Below the pieces are notes generated by a model that was given only the letters and a program-made list of their open reading frames with translations, searched no databases and was not told the origin of the DNA. From assembly GCA_026936335.1 (NCBI GenBank), contig JAPMXV010000040.1, forward strand, positions 1 through 64,000: DNA of 64,000 bases, given 5' to 3'. Origin of the DNA: Mantamonas sphyraenae STR306 (lineage: Eukaryota; Protista; CRuMs). Numbering within the stretch: position 1 is the stretch's first letter; every line of letters begins with the position of its first letter. Shown here piece by piece: positions 36,910-48,138 of the stretch. The translations under genes and the position numbers were made by a program.

Positions 36910-38698
36910 ATGGATGCTCAGGAGGTGTGTTGCTTCTCCACTCCTCCCAACACCATCCCAGCCCAATGGCCTTCCTGGTTCCACCAACGCGTTTCAAAAT
37001 CCCTGTGCACTCAACTCTGGATATGCACGGGGGCCGCAAGACGCGAAGATTTCCCTCGTGGCTGCTCTCGTTTCCCCTCTTGCCCGGCCACTCGTGGCGC
37101 ACGCTCACGCCGCATTCCCACCATCACATGCATCGCACCCGCCCACACTCACCCTATCCATGGCATAGGTCACTGTGGCCAATCTGGACACCTTGCCGTG
37201 CGAGGTCCTCGTCAAAATTCTCTCCTTTCTGCCACAACGCGAGATCTGCGTCACGGCCATGGCTAGCGCAGCCCTCGCCGAGGCTGCCTACTCTCCTCTC
37301 CTCTGGATGAGCGTCGATCTCCAAGGGTTTGCCGATCAACTCACTGACGATGCGGCCATGGCGCTTGCCAGCCGCTTGCAACATGCACGTTTTCTCTCCC
37401 TCCAACGCGTCCATTCCATGAGTCCAGCTGCCGTCTGCTCGCTCATCGAAGCCACTTGTTACCGCATCGACGTCCTCTCTCTGTCCAACTGTCGCTCCAT
37501 CGACGATTCGGTCCTTCTCCAGCTCAGTTCGTTGTGTCCTCGCCTCATGCGCCTCGAGCTGCGCTCCCTTCGTGCTGTCACCGAACAAGGTCTCATCGGG
37601 ATGGCCCAGGCGTCGACTGCCCTCCTGTCTGACCTCGTGCTCGAGGACATGCGTCACCTGACCCCCGAGGCCCTCGACGCTGTGCTCGAACGCTTCAGCT
37701 CCGACCTCCAGTACCTCTCGCTGGCCAACAACCCAAAGCTTCCCAGCCACAACTGTGCTCTCATCGCCAAATGTTCCGCCCTGCAGCATCTCGATGTCAC
37801 CAACTGCTCGCAGCTGATCGAGGGTGACTCACTTTTGCACGTCTGTGTCGGTTGCCCAGGTCTCCACACCCTGCTGGTCAACCACACCGACCTGCACCAC
37901 GACATCCTTCGTGACGCATTGGCCCTTCTGCCCGATTTGCACACTCTCCATGCACGCGAGGTCCGCACGTACCACACTGTCGAGAACCTAGACGAGGAGT
38001 ACGAAACGCTCGTGCATCGTCCATACCACGAGAAGCTGTACGACGGCAAGACCGACGACGACGACGACGACGACGACGACGCCGATATGCTTCCTGTCCT
38101 CGTCAAGCTGGCTTCCTCCTGTCCCAATCTGCGTCATCTGGACTACCGCAGCAATGTGTTTCCATCGCCTGCGGTGAGCGTGCTTGCAAGCCGCTTGGAC
38201 AGCCTGACCCACCTGGACCTTTCGTTCTGTCCCTGTCTGCGCGACCAAGCCATCGTTGATGTGGGCACACATCTGGGTTCCACCCTGCGTGTGTTGGTCC
38301 TTGCAAAGGCCAATTCCCTCAGTGGCAAGAGCCTGCTTCACCTCGCCACCACATGCACCACCCTGTGCTCTCTGGACATTTCCCTCATCGATTGGCTGTC
38401 CGATTCCACCCTCTGTGCCATGTTCAACCCCATCAACGCGGTGTGGTGTCGTTCCTTGCACACGCTGAACCTCAGTGCCTGCGCCAACCTCACCGACGAG
38501 GGTCTCGCCGAATTGCCCAACCTCGTCAACCTCACCTCCCTTGACCTCTCCAACACAAAGATCTCGTCCCGTGGTCTCGAGCTCCATCTTGCCTCCATGC
38601 ACAGGCTGACCATCCTTTCGCTCCGTCGCTGTCGAAACCTCATCGACGTCAGCTCTATGGCCTTTGTGCCTTTGTTGCACCTGGCTGGCACGTTTTGA
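36910..38698 (+). CDS. F-box/LRR protein; first exon (MDAQE) inferred, main exon from 37169
   Basis: F-box LDTLPCEVLVKILSFL...LWMSVDL, followed by many Cys-containing LRRs. Confidence 0.85.
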
Positions 38699-38745
38699 CA
38701 TCCGAGTGTGAGCAGAACGTGGTGTACAGGCCGCTGCCAGCAGCA

Positions 38746-39630
38746 ATGCAATCCCCTCTGCTTTTGGTCCTCTTTGCGCTCATCCTCTCCTCGACCATGT
38801 CCGTTTCTGCAGCTGCCTCTGAAAAGTCCATGCATGCCGTTGTCATCGGTGGCACAGGCGCCATCGGCCGTCACGTCGTTGCCAAGCTGTTGGCCAGCGA
38901 CGCGTGGGATTCCGTCCGCACACTCGGCCGTCGCGAGGTCGATGCAGAATTCTACACGTCCATCCTCACAGATGCTGAGCAGCCGTACGGGCTAAACGAG
39001 ACACAGGCCAAAGAGTTGGTGGACGGCAAGCTCGTACAGGCGGTGGTGGACTTTGCCAACATCGACGACCATGTGGCAGACTTTGGGGACGCCACAGTCC
39101 TGTTTTCGGCCATGGGAACCACCATCAAAACAGCCGGAAGCCAGGATGCACAGTATCTCGTTGATGTGACGTATCCCACCGAGGCACTGCGCGTCGCTGT
39201 GGAGAAAGGCTCCGTCGTTTCGGCGCATCTCGTCACCTCCATCGGGGCAGACGCATCGTCCAGCAACTTTTACATTCGCATCAAAGGTGAGGTGGAAAAC
39301 AACCACCTGTCTCAGGAGGGGTTGGACAAGATGCGCATCTATCAACCGAGCATGTTGTTGACCAAACGCGACGAGTCCCGCTTCCTGGAATCGGTAGGGC
39401 AGTTTCTGGCACCGGCGTGGTCTTCGCTGCTTTCCGGTAGCTGGAGCAAGTATCGTGCAATCAAGGTGGAAGACGTGGCGGAGTGCATGGTGCGTGTGGC
39501 CACTCTGGACGCACAGACCGGCTCCAGCGCCACTCTGGGTGATGACCTCGCCCTGGCGCAACTCACCTTGACATCGGATCGCATCCAGGACGTTGCAGAT
39601 GAGAGCTACAGCGTAGAGGAGACCCTGTGA
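38746..39630 (+). CDS. TIP30/HTATIP2/Fmp52-like NAD(P)-binding protein
   Basis: VIGGTGAIGRHVV, LGRR, FSAMGTT...AGS, TSIGADASSSNFYIRIKGEVE, IYQPSMLL...RFLE, AIKVEDVA. Confidence 0.88.
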   Translation: MQSPLLLVLFALILSSTMSVSAAASEKSMHAVVIGGTGAIGRHVVAKLLASDAWDSVRTLGRREVDAEFYTSILTDAEQPYGLNETQAKELVDGKLVQAVVDFANIDDHVADFGDATVLFSAMGTTIKTAGSQDAQYLVDVTYPTEALRVAVEKGSVVSAHLVTSIGADASSSNFYIRIKGEVENNHLSQEGLDKMRIYQPSMLLTKRDESRFLESVGQFLAPAWSSLLSGSWSKYRAIKVEDVAECMVRVATLDAQTGSSATLGDDLALAQLTLTSDRIQDVADESYSVEETL

Positions 39631-39872
39631 GGAGAAATGAACCTGTTGCGCAGCGGAAACAAGTCACGAATCAACCCCGCCAACGAGGAGTTCCACGCAC
39701 TCATGCAGCCATTCTCAAATCAGCACGCTGATGCTATAAAAGTCATCTCCATGCACGTCTTCCCACAAACCAACGGCTGCCGTCTTGGGGGAGGTGGGAG
39801 GGCTGCGCTCTCGTGGCAACGACAACCAACCGCTCGAGCCGCCACATTCCCCACCCCCAACTCCGTTTCCAC

Positions 39873-41219
39873 ATGTCTTCCAGGGAAGAAGTGGAACTGA
39901 ACGACGCGTTTGTTGAATCCATGGACATGTCCAAGGTGTTCAAGGAACACACGGGAGACGTCAACTCGTTGGACTTTTTCGACGACGGCACCTTTGCTGT
40001 GACCTCGGGCGACGACGAAAACATTGTGGTGTACGACGTCATGGGTGGCAAGCTGGCCAAGACAATCAAGTCCCAAAAGTACGGCGTGGACCAGGTGCGC
40101 TTCACACACGCACCCACTCAGGTCATTCACGCCTCCAAGAACGACGCAGACCGTATGTTGAAACAGCCATGTGCTCTCCAAAACCATCCGTGTTGCTTCT
40201 ATTCCTGGCTGTCCATGTGCTTCCTTGTGTTGTCCACAAAGAGCTGTTGCGTGCGCCCAGATTCCCGCCACGATCATCGCATGCCCTGACACACCGCGCC
40301 GCCCTCGCGACACACACACACACACACGCACATGCACACACACATGCACACACATGCACACAGACACCATCCGACAGCTATCAACACACAACAACCAGTA
40401 CATCAAGTACTTCAAAGGCCACCGTGGACAGTAGGTGGACAGCAGCAGGTCGCTTGTCTCCCACGTTTGTCACCACTCGCTTACACGTCCATACGTCCAC
40501 GTCTGCACACCAGAGTAACCACCCTTCGTATGGGCCCCAAATCAGATCTATTTATCAGTGCAGCCGAGGACGAAACTGTGCGCGTGTGGGATCTGCGCAG
40601 CAGTCAGTGCAACGTGAGTTGCGGCGCATCGCGTTCCTCGTGCTCCCTCCCTTGCCCCCACAGCAGCTGACCCCGTTGACCACCCGCCGCGACAATGTCC
40701 ACTTTCCCATCTGCGCAGGGAGTCCTTCACGTTTCCGACCGTCCCACAGTAGCCTTTGACCCCAGCGAGCTGCTGTTTGCAGTGGCTGTTGGACCCAACG
40801 TCGTCAAACTGTACGACGTGCGCACGTACGACCGTGGACCCTTTGACGCATTCTACCTCAAGGACATCAACTGCGACTGGGCCAGCATGTGTTTCTCGGG
40901 CAACGGCGACAAGATCCTGCTCTCGTCCTTCTCTGAAGAGGTGGTCGTCATCGACGCCTTCAAGGGCACCACCGACCTCGTGCTCACTCGCGAAAACAGC
41001 AGCGGGGTGCCTCTGGAGGCCACGTTCTCGCCGGACGACAAGTATGTGCTTTCTGGAACCGACGAAGGCTCAGTGCGGGTGTGGAATGCCGTCACGGGTG
41101 ACCCGGTTACGGTTTGGAATGGACACGTGTCTCCCGTGCGCAACGTGCTGTGGAACCCGGTGTATTCCATGGCCATGACGGCTGGTACAAACGTGTGCAT
41201 GTGGAGTGACACATTGTGA
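39873..41219 (+). CDS. WDR82: WD40 protein WDR82/Swd2, 3 introns
   Basis: SQKYGVDQVRFTH, TIRQLSTHNNQYIKYFKGH, DETVRVWDLRS, AFDPSELLFA, KLYDVRTYDRGPF, VIDAFKG. Confidence 0.93.
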
Positions 41220-41321
41220 CGCACAAAGGCACGAAAACCCCACAGCCTCCATTCAATCTTCCCGCCTCCTCCCATTGTTGATGGCAGCCACGCTGACAAC
41301 AAACAATCAAACCCCCGTCGT

Positions 41322-41471
41322 CTACTCGATCTCCACCTCCTCCGACTCCATACCCTCCTCCACCAGGTCTTCATCACCACTCTCGCCCTCCGAATCCGTG
41401 AGCTCGATCTCCTCGCCGTCCACCATGCTCTTGTTCACTGTCTCTTCGGCCTCTGCTTCCGAGCTGGACGA

Positions 41472-41519
<48 letters not shown>

Positions 41520-43365
41520 GCCTGCAGAGGGCTGCACGATCCCCGACGAAAACTCGTCCATGGTCTCAAAGATGAGCTCGATCTGAAAGTCGGCCGGGAC
41601 CACCTTGTGCTTCTTGTCCTTGTTGATCTTGTCGATCTCAGGCTGGGTGAGCACGAGGCGGTTGTCCTTCACAAAGTAGGTGTGGAACCAGAAATGGAAC
41701 ATCTTGGTCTTCTTCTCGTTGAACACGTTGATCTTCACGTCTTTGTACAGATCCTTGACGTTGTGCTCCGTGCAGTCCATCTCAAAGTAGCCTTCGCTGT
41801 TCATGACGGCTGTGCCAAAGCCCTTGTAGGCCTTGCTCTTGTTGCGCATAGTCACGGTGAACCAAGGCTTGAACTTGCCCCGCTTGACATTCTTGGGATG
41901 TCCGTAGATGCGGAACTTGACCAGCTTGAGCGTCTGCGATGGCGGCATGCCGTTCTTCAGATAGTCCGCGTAGTAGCTGACAAAGCGTCGCTGCGAGGGG
42001 ATTGTGACGCCCTTGCCATTGGCTGTGCGCTGGCGACCGAAAAAGTCCAACGACTCCACAGGGTCGTCGTACTTGCCCAGGTGCAGCATGAGCGCGCTGA
42101 TCATCGTGCCTGCTCGACCCTTGCCAGCCTTGCAATGAACACACACAATGTTCTTTTCGTCCTCGTTCAGCCATTCGGCGGCACTGTCGCAGAACGGCTC
42201 GATGATTTCAAACTCGGGCGCGTTGTGGTCCTCAAACGGGTAGCGCTCCACTGCAAGTGCAGAAAAAAGTGCAGGTGGTTGCCACGGGTGTGTGTGCCAA
42301 AGCAACACATGATGCGGCGCACAGGTGTTCATGGGAAGAGCGAGTCAGCCAAGGGTTCCCTTGCGCGAAAAGTGACTGCGTTCCAAAACGGCATTTTTGC
42401 GCAAGGGCGCCAGGCGGGACCGGCGTTGTTTGGGGAAAAACGGGCCACAGGGCCACTTACCTCGGTCGTGGAAGTGTTCACTGTCGTAAGCACGCTCGGC
42501 GCACATGTTGTACACCTTGTAGTGGTCCTGCGCAGGATGGAGGAGTGAGCAGAGAGCCCGTGCGGGGCCGGTTTTGGATTAGCGACACGGCAACTGGGCG
42601 TGGCAGGAGCGGGGCTGGGGAGGGAAAACTCACCTTGTGAAATTGCTCCAGGAACTTCTGCACGTCGCTCATGGGGTTGCGGTACACTGCCTCGAGCTGT
42701 GGATCCAATGTGGCACATCCTGTGTCAGTGCCATGCTCCGTGGCCTACTTTTACGTCGCGTGCATGTCTGCAGGCGTGCGTGTGGAGCCTTGGCAGACGC
42801 TCGCGAGCCGCGCGTTTTTTCGCTCCAGGATGTCGACATGGTCCGGAGGGCCATAGCCGGCTCGGCTCCGGAGGCATGTGATTTGCGTAGCTGCACACAG
42901 TCCACTCACCTTTTCAGAGGGGTAACCCATCGAGATGATGCGGGGGGTGATATACGTCAGATCCAAATCATAGCCTGCGGTGAAGGAGAGCGGGTAGGGT
43001 CAGCACCGGGGGGGGGGGGGTCCGACTCTCTTGAGCAAGCAAACGGCAAACGCCTGGCGCAGTCCTGAAGCGGAAGGCCGGAGCAGACAGACGGGTGTGC
43101 ATGTGACACACGTGTATCACACGTGGTGACCGAGCACGTGTGTGTACTCATGCTGTGGAAGCCATTGGGGACGGAGTGGAGGGCCAACGCACCGTTCTCT
43201 TGGTAGCGGATTTTCTTCTTGGACACGAGCCGACGGACAAGCTGCACATGGACAGCAGAGGATACAACACAAGGGTGCACACAGCAGAATGTCAGCGAGA
43301 GGCAACACAAACGGGACAAAGGCATGGATGGCACAGGGTCGGAAGCGGAAAAAACGCACAGTCAT
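41322..43365 (-). CDS. PTEN: PTEN phosphatase, multi-exon
   Basis: MT|LVRRLVSKKKIRYQENG, DLTYITPRIISMGYPSE, VYRNPMSDV, YKVYNMCAE, YPFEDHNAP, VHCKAGKGRAG, GVTIPSQRRFV, MFHFWFHTYFV. Confidence 0.94.
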
Positions 43366-43434
43366 GCTGCTGCTTGCTGGGTTGGCGGAGGCGGCGCCCA
43401 CTTCATCCCAGCACAATTGTGGCAGGAACGGCCA

Positions 43435-44726
43435 ATGCGACGCTCCTTGGCTTGCTTGGGCGCGGCCGTGGTGTTGTGTATCATCTCCATGCTGGTGGGA
43501 TACGCACTGCTGACCCACGTGCGTGCCAAGAACCGACATCGTTCGATTACGCCCGTGTCTGAAGCAGGCACTGTGCTCTACACACAAGTGGCCCACGAAT
43601 CGGCGCATGCATTTGATCCACTGCCCAGCTTGGATTCGGATGCCCAACCTGTGGGTGGGGCCATGAGCTACGCACGTGCACAGAGAGAGTATGACAAGCT
43701 GCACCTGCCACCCAAGCTGCGCCTATCATCGGACCTGCCTGCAGATCAGGCAGCTCTTCACATGAGTGAAATCACATTTGTGATGCTCACAGGCTACCAC
43801 ACGCACGCACGTGTGCGTACGGCGCGAGAAACGTGGGTGCGGCACCTCGCCGACTCGAGCCTGCTGGTGTTCAGCGACACCCACGACCCAACCATCGGTG
43901 CCCTGGTGGCGCCCCTTGTACAGCCAAAGTCCAACGCACGCGACATGCTCGCGGCTGACAGCGAGTGGATGGGTCTGTGGAGACTGTCCCAGCTCAAGTG
44001 GCCCGACGCACTTGTCTACGCAGCCCGTATGCGTCCACGCAGCAAGTGGTTTGTTGTCGTCGATGGTCCGTTGTACCCCCCACGCGTGTTGGAACCCATT
44101 TTCATGGCGTTTGCAGCCCTACAGTGTGCAATGGACCGAGCCCAGCTGACTCACACCCTCTCCTCCGTCACTCATCCTTGCTCACGGTCGCAGATGACAC
44201 CTTTGTCAGCCCTATCAACTTGCGTCGCTTTCTCTCCAATCTCGACCCTTCCGTGTCCATGTATCTGGGCCAGAATTTGACATCCCAGGGCGTCGAGTAT
44301 GCAAGCGGTGGCGCCGGTTGGGTTGTTTCGGCGCCCCTCATGCGCGAACTGGCCACTCACTTGGTTTCGGATGCCAGCATGTGTGATTTAAAGAGGCATC
44401 AATACTCAGACGTGTGGGTTGGGGCCTGCCTACGCGGTTTGGGCATCTCGGTGACCCCAGTCCCCGGATTCTTTTCACAGCCTCCCAGCCAGTACATGTT
44501 CCACGCCGACAAGGAATCCCAGTTTCCACTTGTGCCCTACCCATTCACCTTCCACTACATCGAAGGTGACCACCTGCGTTGGCTCGACCGCATCGCAAAC
44601 ACAGGCGACCCCATTCGCTACGACGACCATCGCGAACGCCTGCGCAACATGCAGGCTGCCCACGATGCGGCCGTGGCGCGCAAGAAGAAGGATGCGTGGG
44701 ACAGGTTTGGCATTGACACGAGGTGA
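43435..44726 (+). CDS. GT31 / Fringe-C1GalT1-like glycosyltransferase; intron 44066-44193
   Basis: N-terminal TM; ETWVRH, WFVVVD|DDTFV, NLRRFL, YASGGAGWVVS, SDVWVGACL, TFHY. Confidence 0.9.
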
Positions 44727-44771
44727 CGATTTGGGTTGGAAGCGTTGATTTGGAAAACCAGCACACTCAGC

Positions 44772-45660
44772 TCAGCGGGCGGCGTTGGGTGCCACAGGCG
44801 GCGTGCCCAGACTCGAAATGTACGCCACAGCTTTGACGTAGACACCCGTGACGGCGGCGGGACACATGGAATGGTGAAACACTTTGTCAAACATCATGCG
44901 GGTCATGGTGAACTGGGAGCGCATCAGCTGGTCGGAGAAGTAGCGCATGCGCAGGTAGCTGGAATACACAAAGGCATTGACAGCGTTCATGAGGTTGCCC
45001 GTAAACACAGAGAGGATGAGTACAATGATCACCATGATCTCAGCAAAGGCCACAGCTTCCTTCAGGTCTGGATACTGCACCACCTTGTTGCAGATGCCAA
45101 ACTTGACCGGGTCCAGTGACAACAGGAAGGCACACAGGTGGAACAGCGACTTGGCCACCACAGGGAACAGCACCACCAGGTTTGGCGAGTGGGAAATGCA
45201 CAGCAGAGCAAACATCACGTTCAGTGTGTTCGGGTCTGACAGAATCGGCCCCCACGCCTCTGCTGTGAAGCCCCTTGGCCTCTGTGATCCATGTGGACAC
45301 GTCCACGTGCGTTTTCCGTGTCAGTCAGGTCGCCTTCCGACTTTGTCGTCGGCACGGGTCGGAAATCCTTGCTTCTGACGTCACACCACACCACCAACAC
45401 CCGCCGGGACTGCTCGACGTCGTGTCCCACACGCAAGTTGCACTTTGTTCCACGTATGCTCACGTGTCTCCACGTGCACCATCCCACTCATGGGCCATGC
45501 AACTCACACTGTGGTTCGCAAAAAGGGGCAAAAGGTACGTCACCGCGCTCGCCAGCAGCGCATACGTGTACAGCCCACGCATGCCAATCGACGCCACAGC
45601 CAACAGACACACCAAAGCGTGTCCTCCACCCCACAGTTTCCTCAGCATGTTTGTCGACAT
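44772..45660 (-). CDS. TMEM33/Pom33-family membrane protein (introns in the 5' half)
   Basis: Hydrophobic segments; AFAEI, VYSSYLRMRY and HSMCPAAV...AVAYISSL match the family C-terminus. Confidence 0.75.
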
Positions 45661-45797
45661 GATTGGCTTTGCAAAGCGTTTTCGGTGTTTTTGTTTTCTT
45701 GTGGTGGTTTGCATGACGCATTCAAGCACCACACACACACGCACACACACACTCACTCACTCACTCACTCACTCACTCATGTCTCTCTTTCTCTCCA

Positions 45798-47262
45798 CTA
45801 CTCCACATCCATGCCACCACCACTGCTCTTGCTGCCACCTCCGCCGGTGCGTCTTCCGCCACGCTTGCCACGCGAGCTGCTCTGCTGTGATTGTTGCCTT
45901 GAGGACTCGTGCTGGCCGCGTCTGCTGCTGCGGAAACCACCGCGTCCGCCACGACGGTTGCTGCTCCTGTTGCGGCTGTCTTGTTCGACCTCATCGTCAT
46001 ACTCCTCGTCGTCCACAGCAACCTCGTCCACCTCGGCCCCGTCCAGCTCGCTGAGCACACGAAAGTCCTGGGAGTCATAGTCGTCCAGCTCGTTGCCATT
46101 GCTGCTGTTCTCGTTCTCTTCCAGTGTCAGGTCGTCCAGCAGCTCTTCCAGCTGCACATCTGGCAGTTCGTCCCCATCGTCGCTAAACCCATCGTCCTCG
46201 TCATCGTCAATCAGCCCAGCCTCCAGTGCGTCATCCAGCTCCACATACTCTGGATTCTTGTACAGGTTCAACTGCGAACGCATCTCTGGATCCTCTTCCA
46301 GCTCCCGCAGGAACTGCTCCGTGTCTTCCTCCTTCTTCTCCACGTCTCGCTTCTGCAGCTCCGTGTCGTCCACGTCCAGACGCTTCAGCGTCCAATGCCG
46401 TCCCTTTTTGCCCTTGCGACGCGAGTACACCTTCTTGACCAGCACCACATCGGGTACGGCAAAGTCCAGCTCCTCAAAGTTGTCGTCGTTGAAGTTGGAC
46501 AGCGTGAGGTCGTAGCCCATCACAATGTCGCCCGGCTTTATCAGGTGGCCCAGATGGGTGCGAGTGATGTACGTGGTTTGATAGTCGCTGGTGCGCACCA
46601 CCTCGCAGTCCGCCAGGTTGTACTTGCGGTTGAACTCGTCCGTGTAGTCCACGTCCAGCACCTCAAACTCCACCATGTCGAAGGAGTTGGCCATGGCCGT
46701 GAATGAGTGTGTGTAAAAGTTGCGCGGCGACATTTCCTCCGTCTGCAGCGTCAGTGGGTCGATCAGATGCACCTGGTTCGACACCTTGTACACCAGAGCC
46801 AACTGCGACATCGTACCCAGCTGACGTGCCAGCTTGCGCGGCAGACACACAAGGTCGTCGCGACAGATGGGCACCAGCTCCACCAGGTACGAGTACTTGT
46901 AGTTCTGCGTGTTCGACTTCAGGTCGGCGCTGATCAGCTTCTTCGACGGTTTCTCGTGCCTGCATGGTACCATCTTGTCCAAAAAGTCCACAAACTTGGC
47001 CGCATGCGACTTGTGCGAAAAGTAGAAATCCAGGCCGTTGGGTTTCTCGGCCACGTTGATGCTTTGCGCGTGTGCGTTGTGCTTCAGAATCAGCTGCTCC
47101 AACCACAAGAACGTGCGCTTGTGGTCCACCTTCTGGCGCACCTGCACGTTGGCCTTCCATGTGTGTTCCGTCTGCTGCTGCGTGCAAAAGTCGCACTGCT
47201 GTGTGTTCACCACAAAGAGCACCTCCACCGTTTGCTCCAGCGTCATTCCTTTCATCACCTGC

Positions 47263-47299
<37 letters not shown>

Positions 47300-47919
47300 A
47301 CCCATGTCATCGGCACCAAACAAGCACCCACATACAAACACGCATGCACGCGCGCATTCCGTCGCCGTTTCCGTTCGTGTGTCAGCACAAACGTCGGACG
47401 TTTCGCAGAAAAAAAAATCCGCAGGGCGTCCGTCCGCAGAGCGCATTTCCGGCATTCCGGCCTGCTTTTGGCCAGGCAAGGGCACATTGAGCCATTGGGA
47501 GGCACGCAGGCAACCATTGGCTAGTAAAACAGGAGTGCAGTGGGGCAGGGCCAAAACAAAGTCACGCAGACACTGACCTCTGCGCGTACGACGAGTTCGA
47601 CAATGAGGCGTCGCGAGTGCTCCTCCGTCCAGATGAAGTTGGCGTCAACGAGCTTGACCTTGTTGAGGCCCGTAATGCGGCCCAGGCAGTACTGCAGCAG
47701 CTCAAAGGACTCGAGGGAGGCTGTGATCCAGCTCTTTGGGGGCTGGTACCAGCGTTCACAGCTCTTGCACATGGTCACGTGCACTTCCTTGGACAGGCCT
47801 CGCGTGATGTCCTCACGGGCGCTTACGCAGTCCACACACATGTTGGCCGCATTGGGCTCGATGGGCACGCCACACTCGCAGCATAGAATCCTTGCCGTGG
47901 TACGCCGTCCGAAATCCAT
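45798..47919 (-). CDS. NMD3: 60S ribosomal export adaptor NMD3; intron 47259-47577
   Basis: ILCCECGVPIEPNAANMCVDC, DANFIWTEEHSRR, QVRQKVDHKRTFLWLEQLILKH, RTHLGHL, FLRELEEDPEMR. Confidence 0.97.
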
Positions 47920-48138
47920 GGCGTGACTGAGCTGTTGGCGGGCTGGTTTGGGGTGGTTGCCTCCGGGCAGGGCGGATGGATCCCCAACCCAGCAGTGTCC
48001 ACACACACACACGTGTGCGTTCAGAGACCCCACACACATCCACATTCAACGTGCACACGTAGGCAACGGTGTCATTTCAGGTCGCCTGGAAGCACGCGAT
48101 GGCCGAACCAACCACCGGGAGTCGAAACTTGTTCGGAG

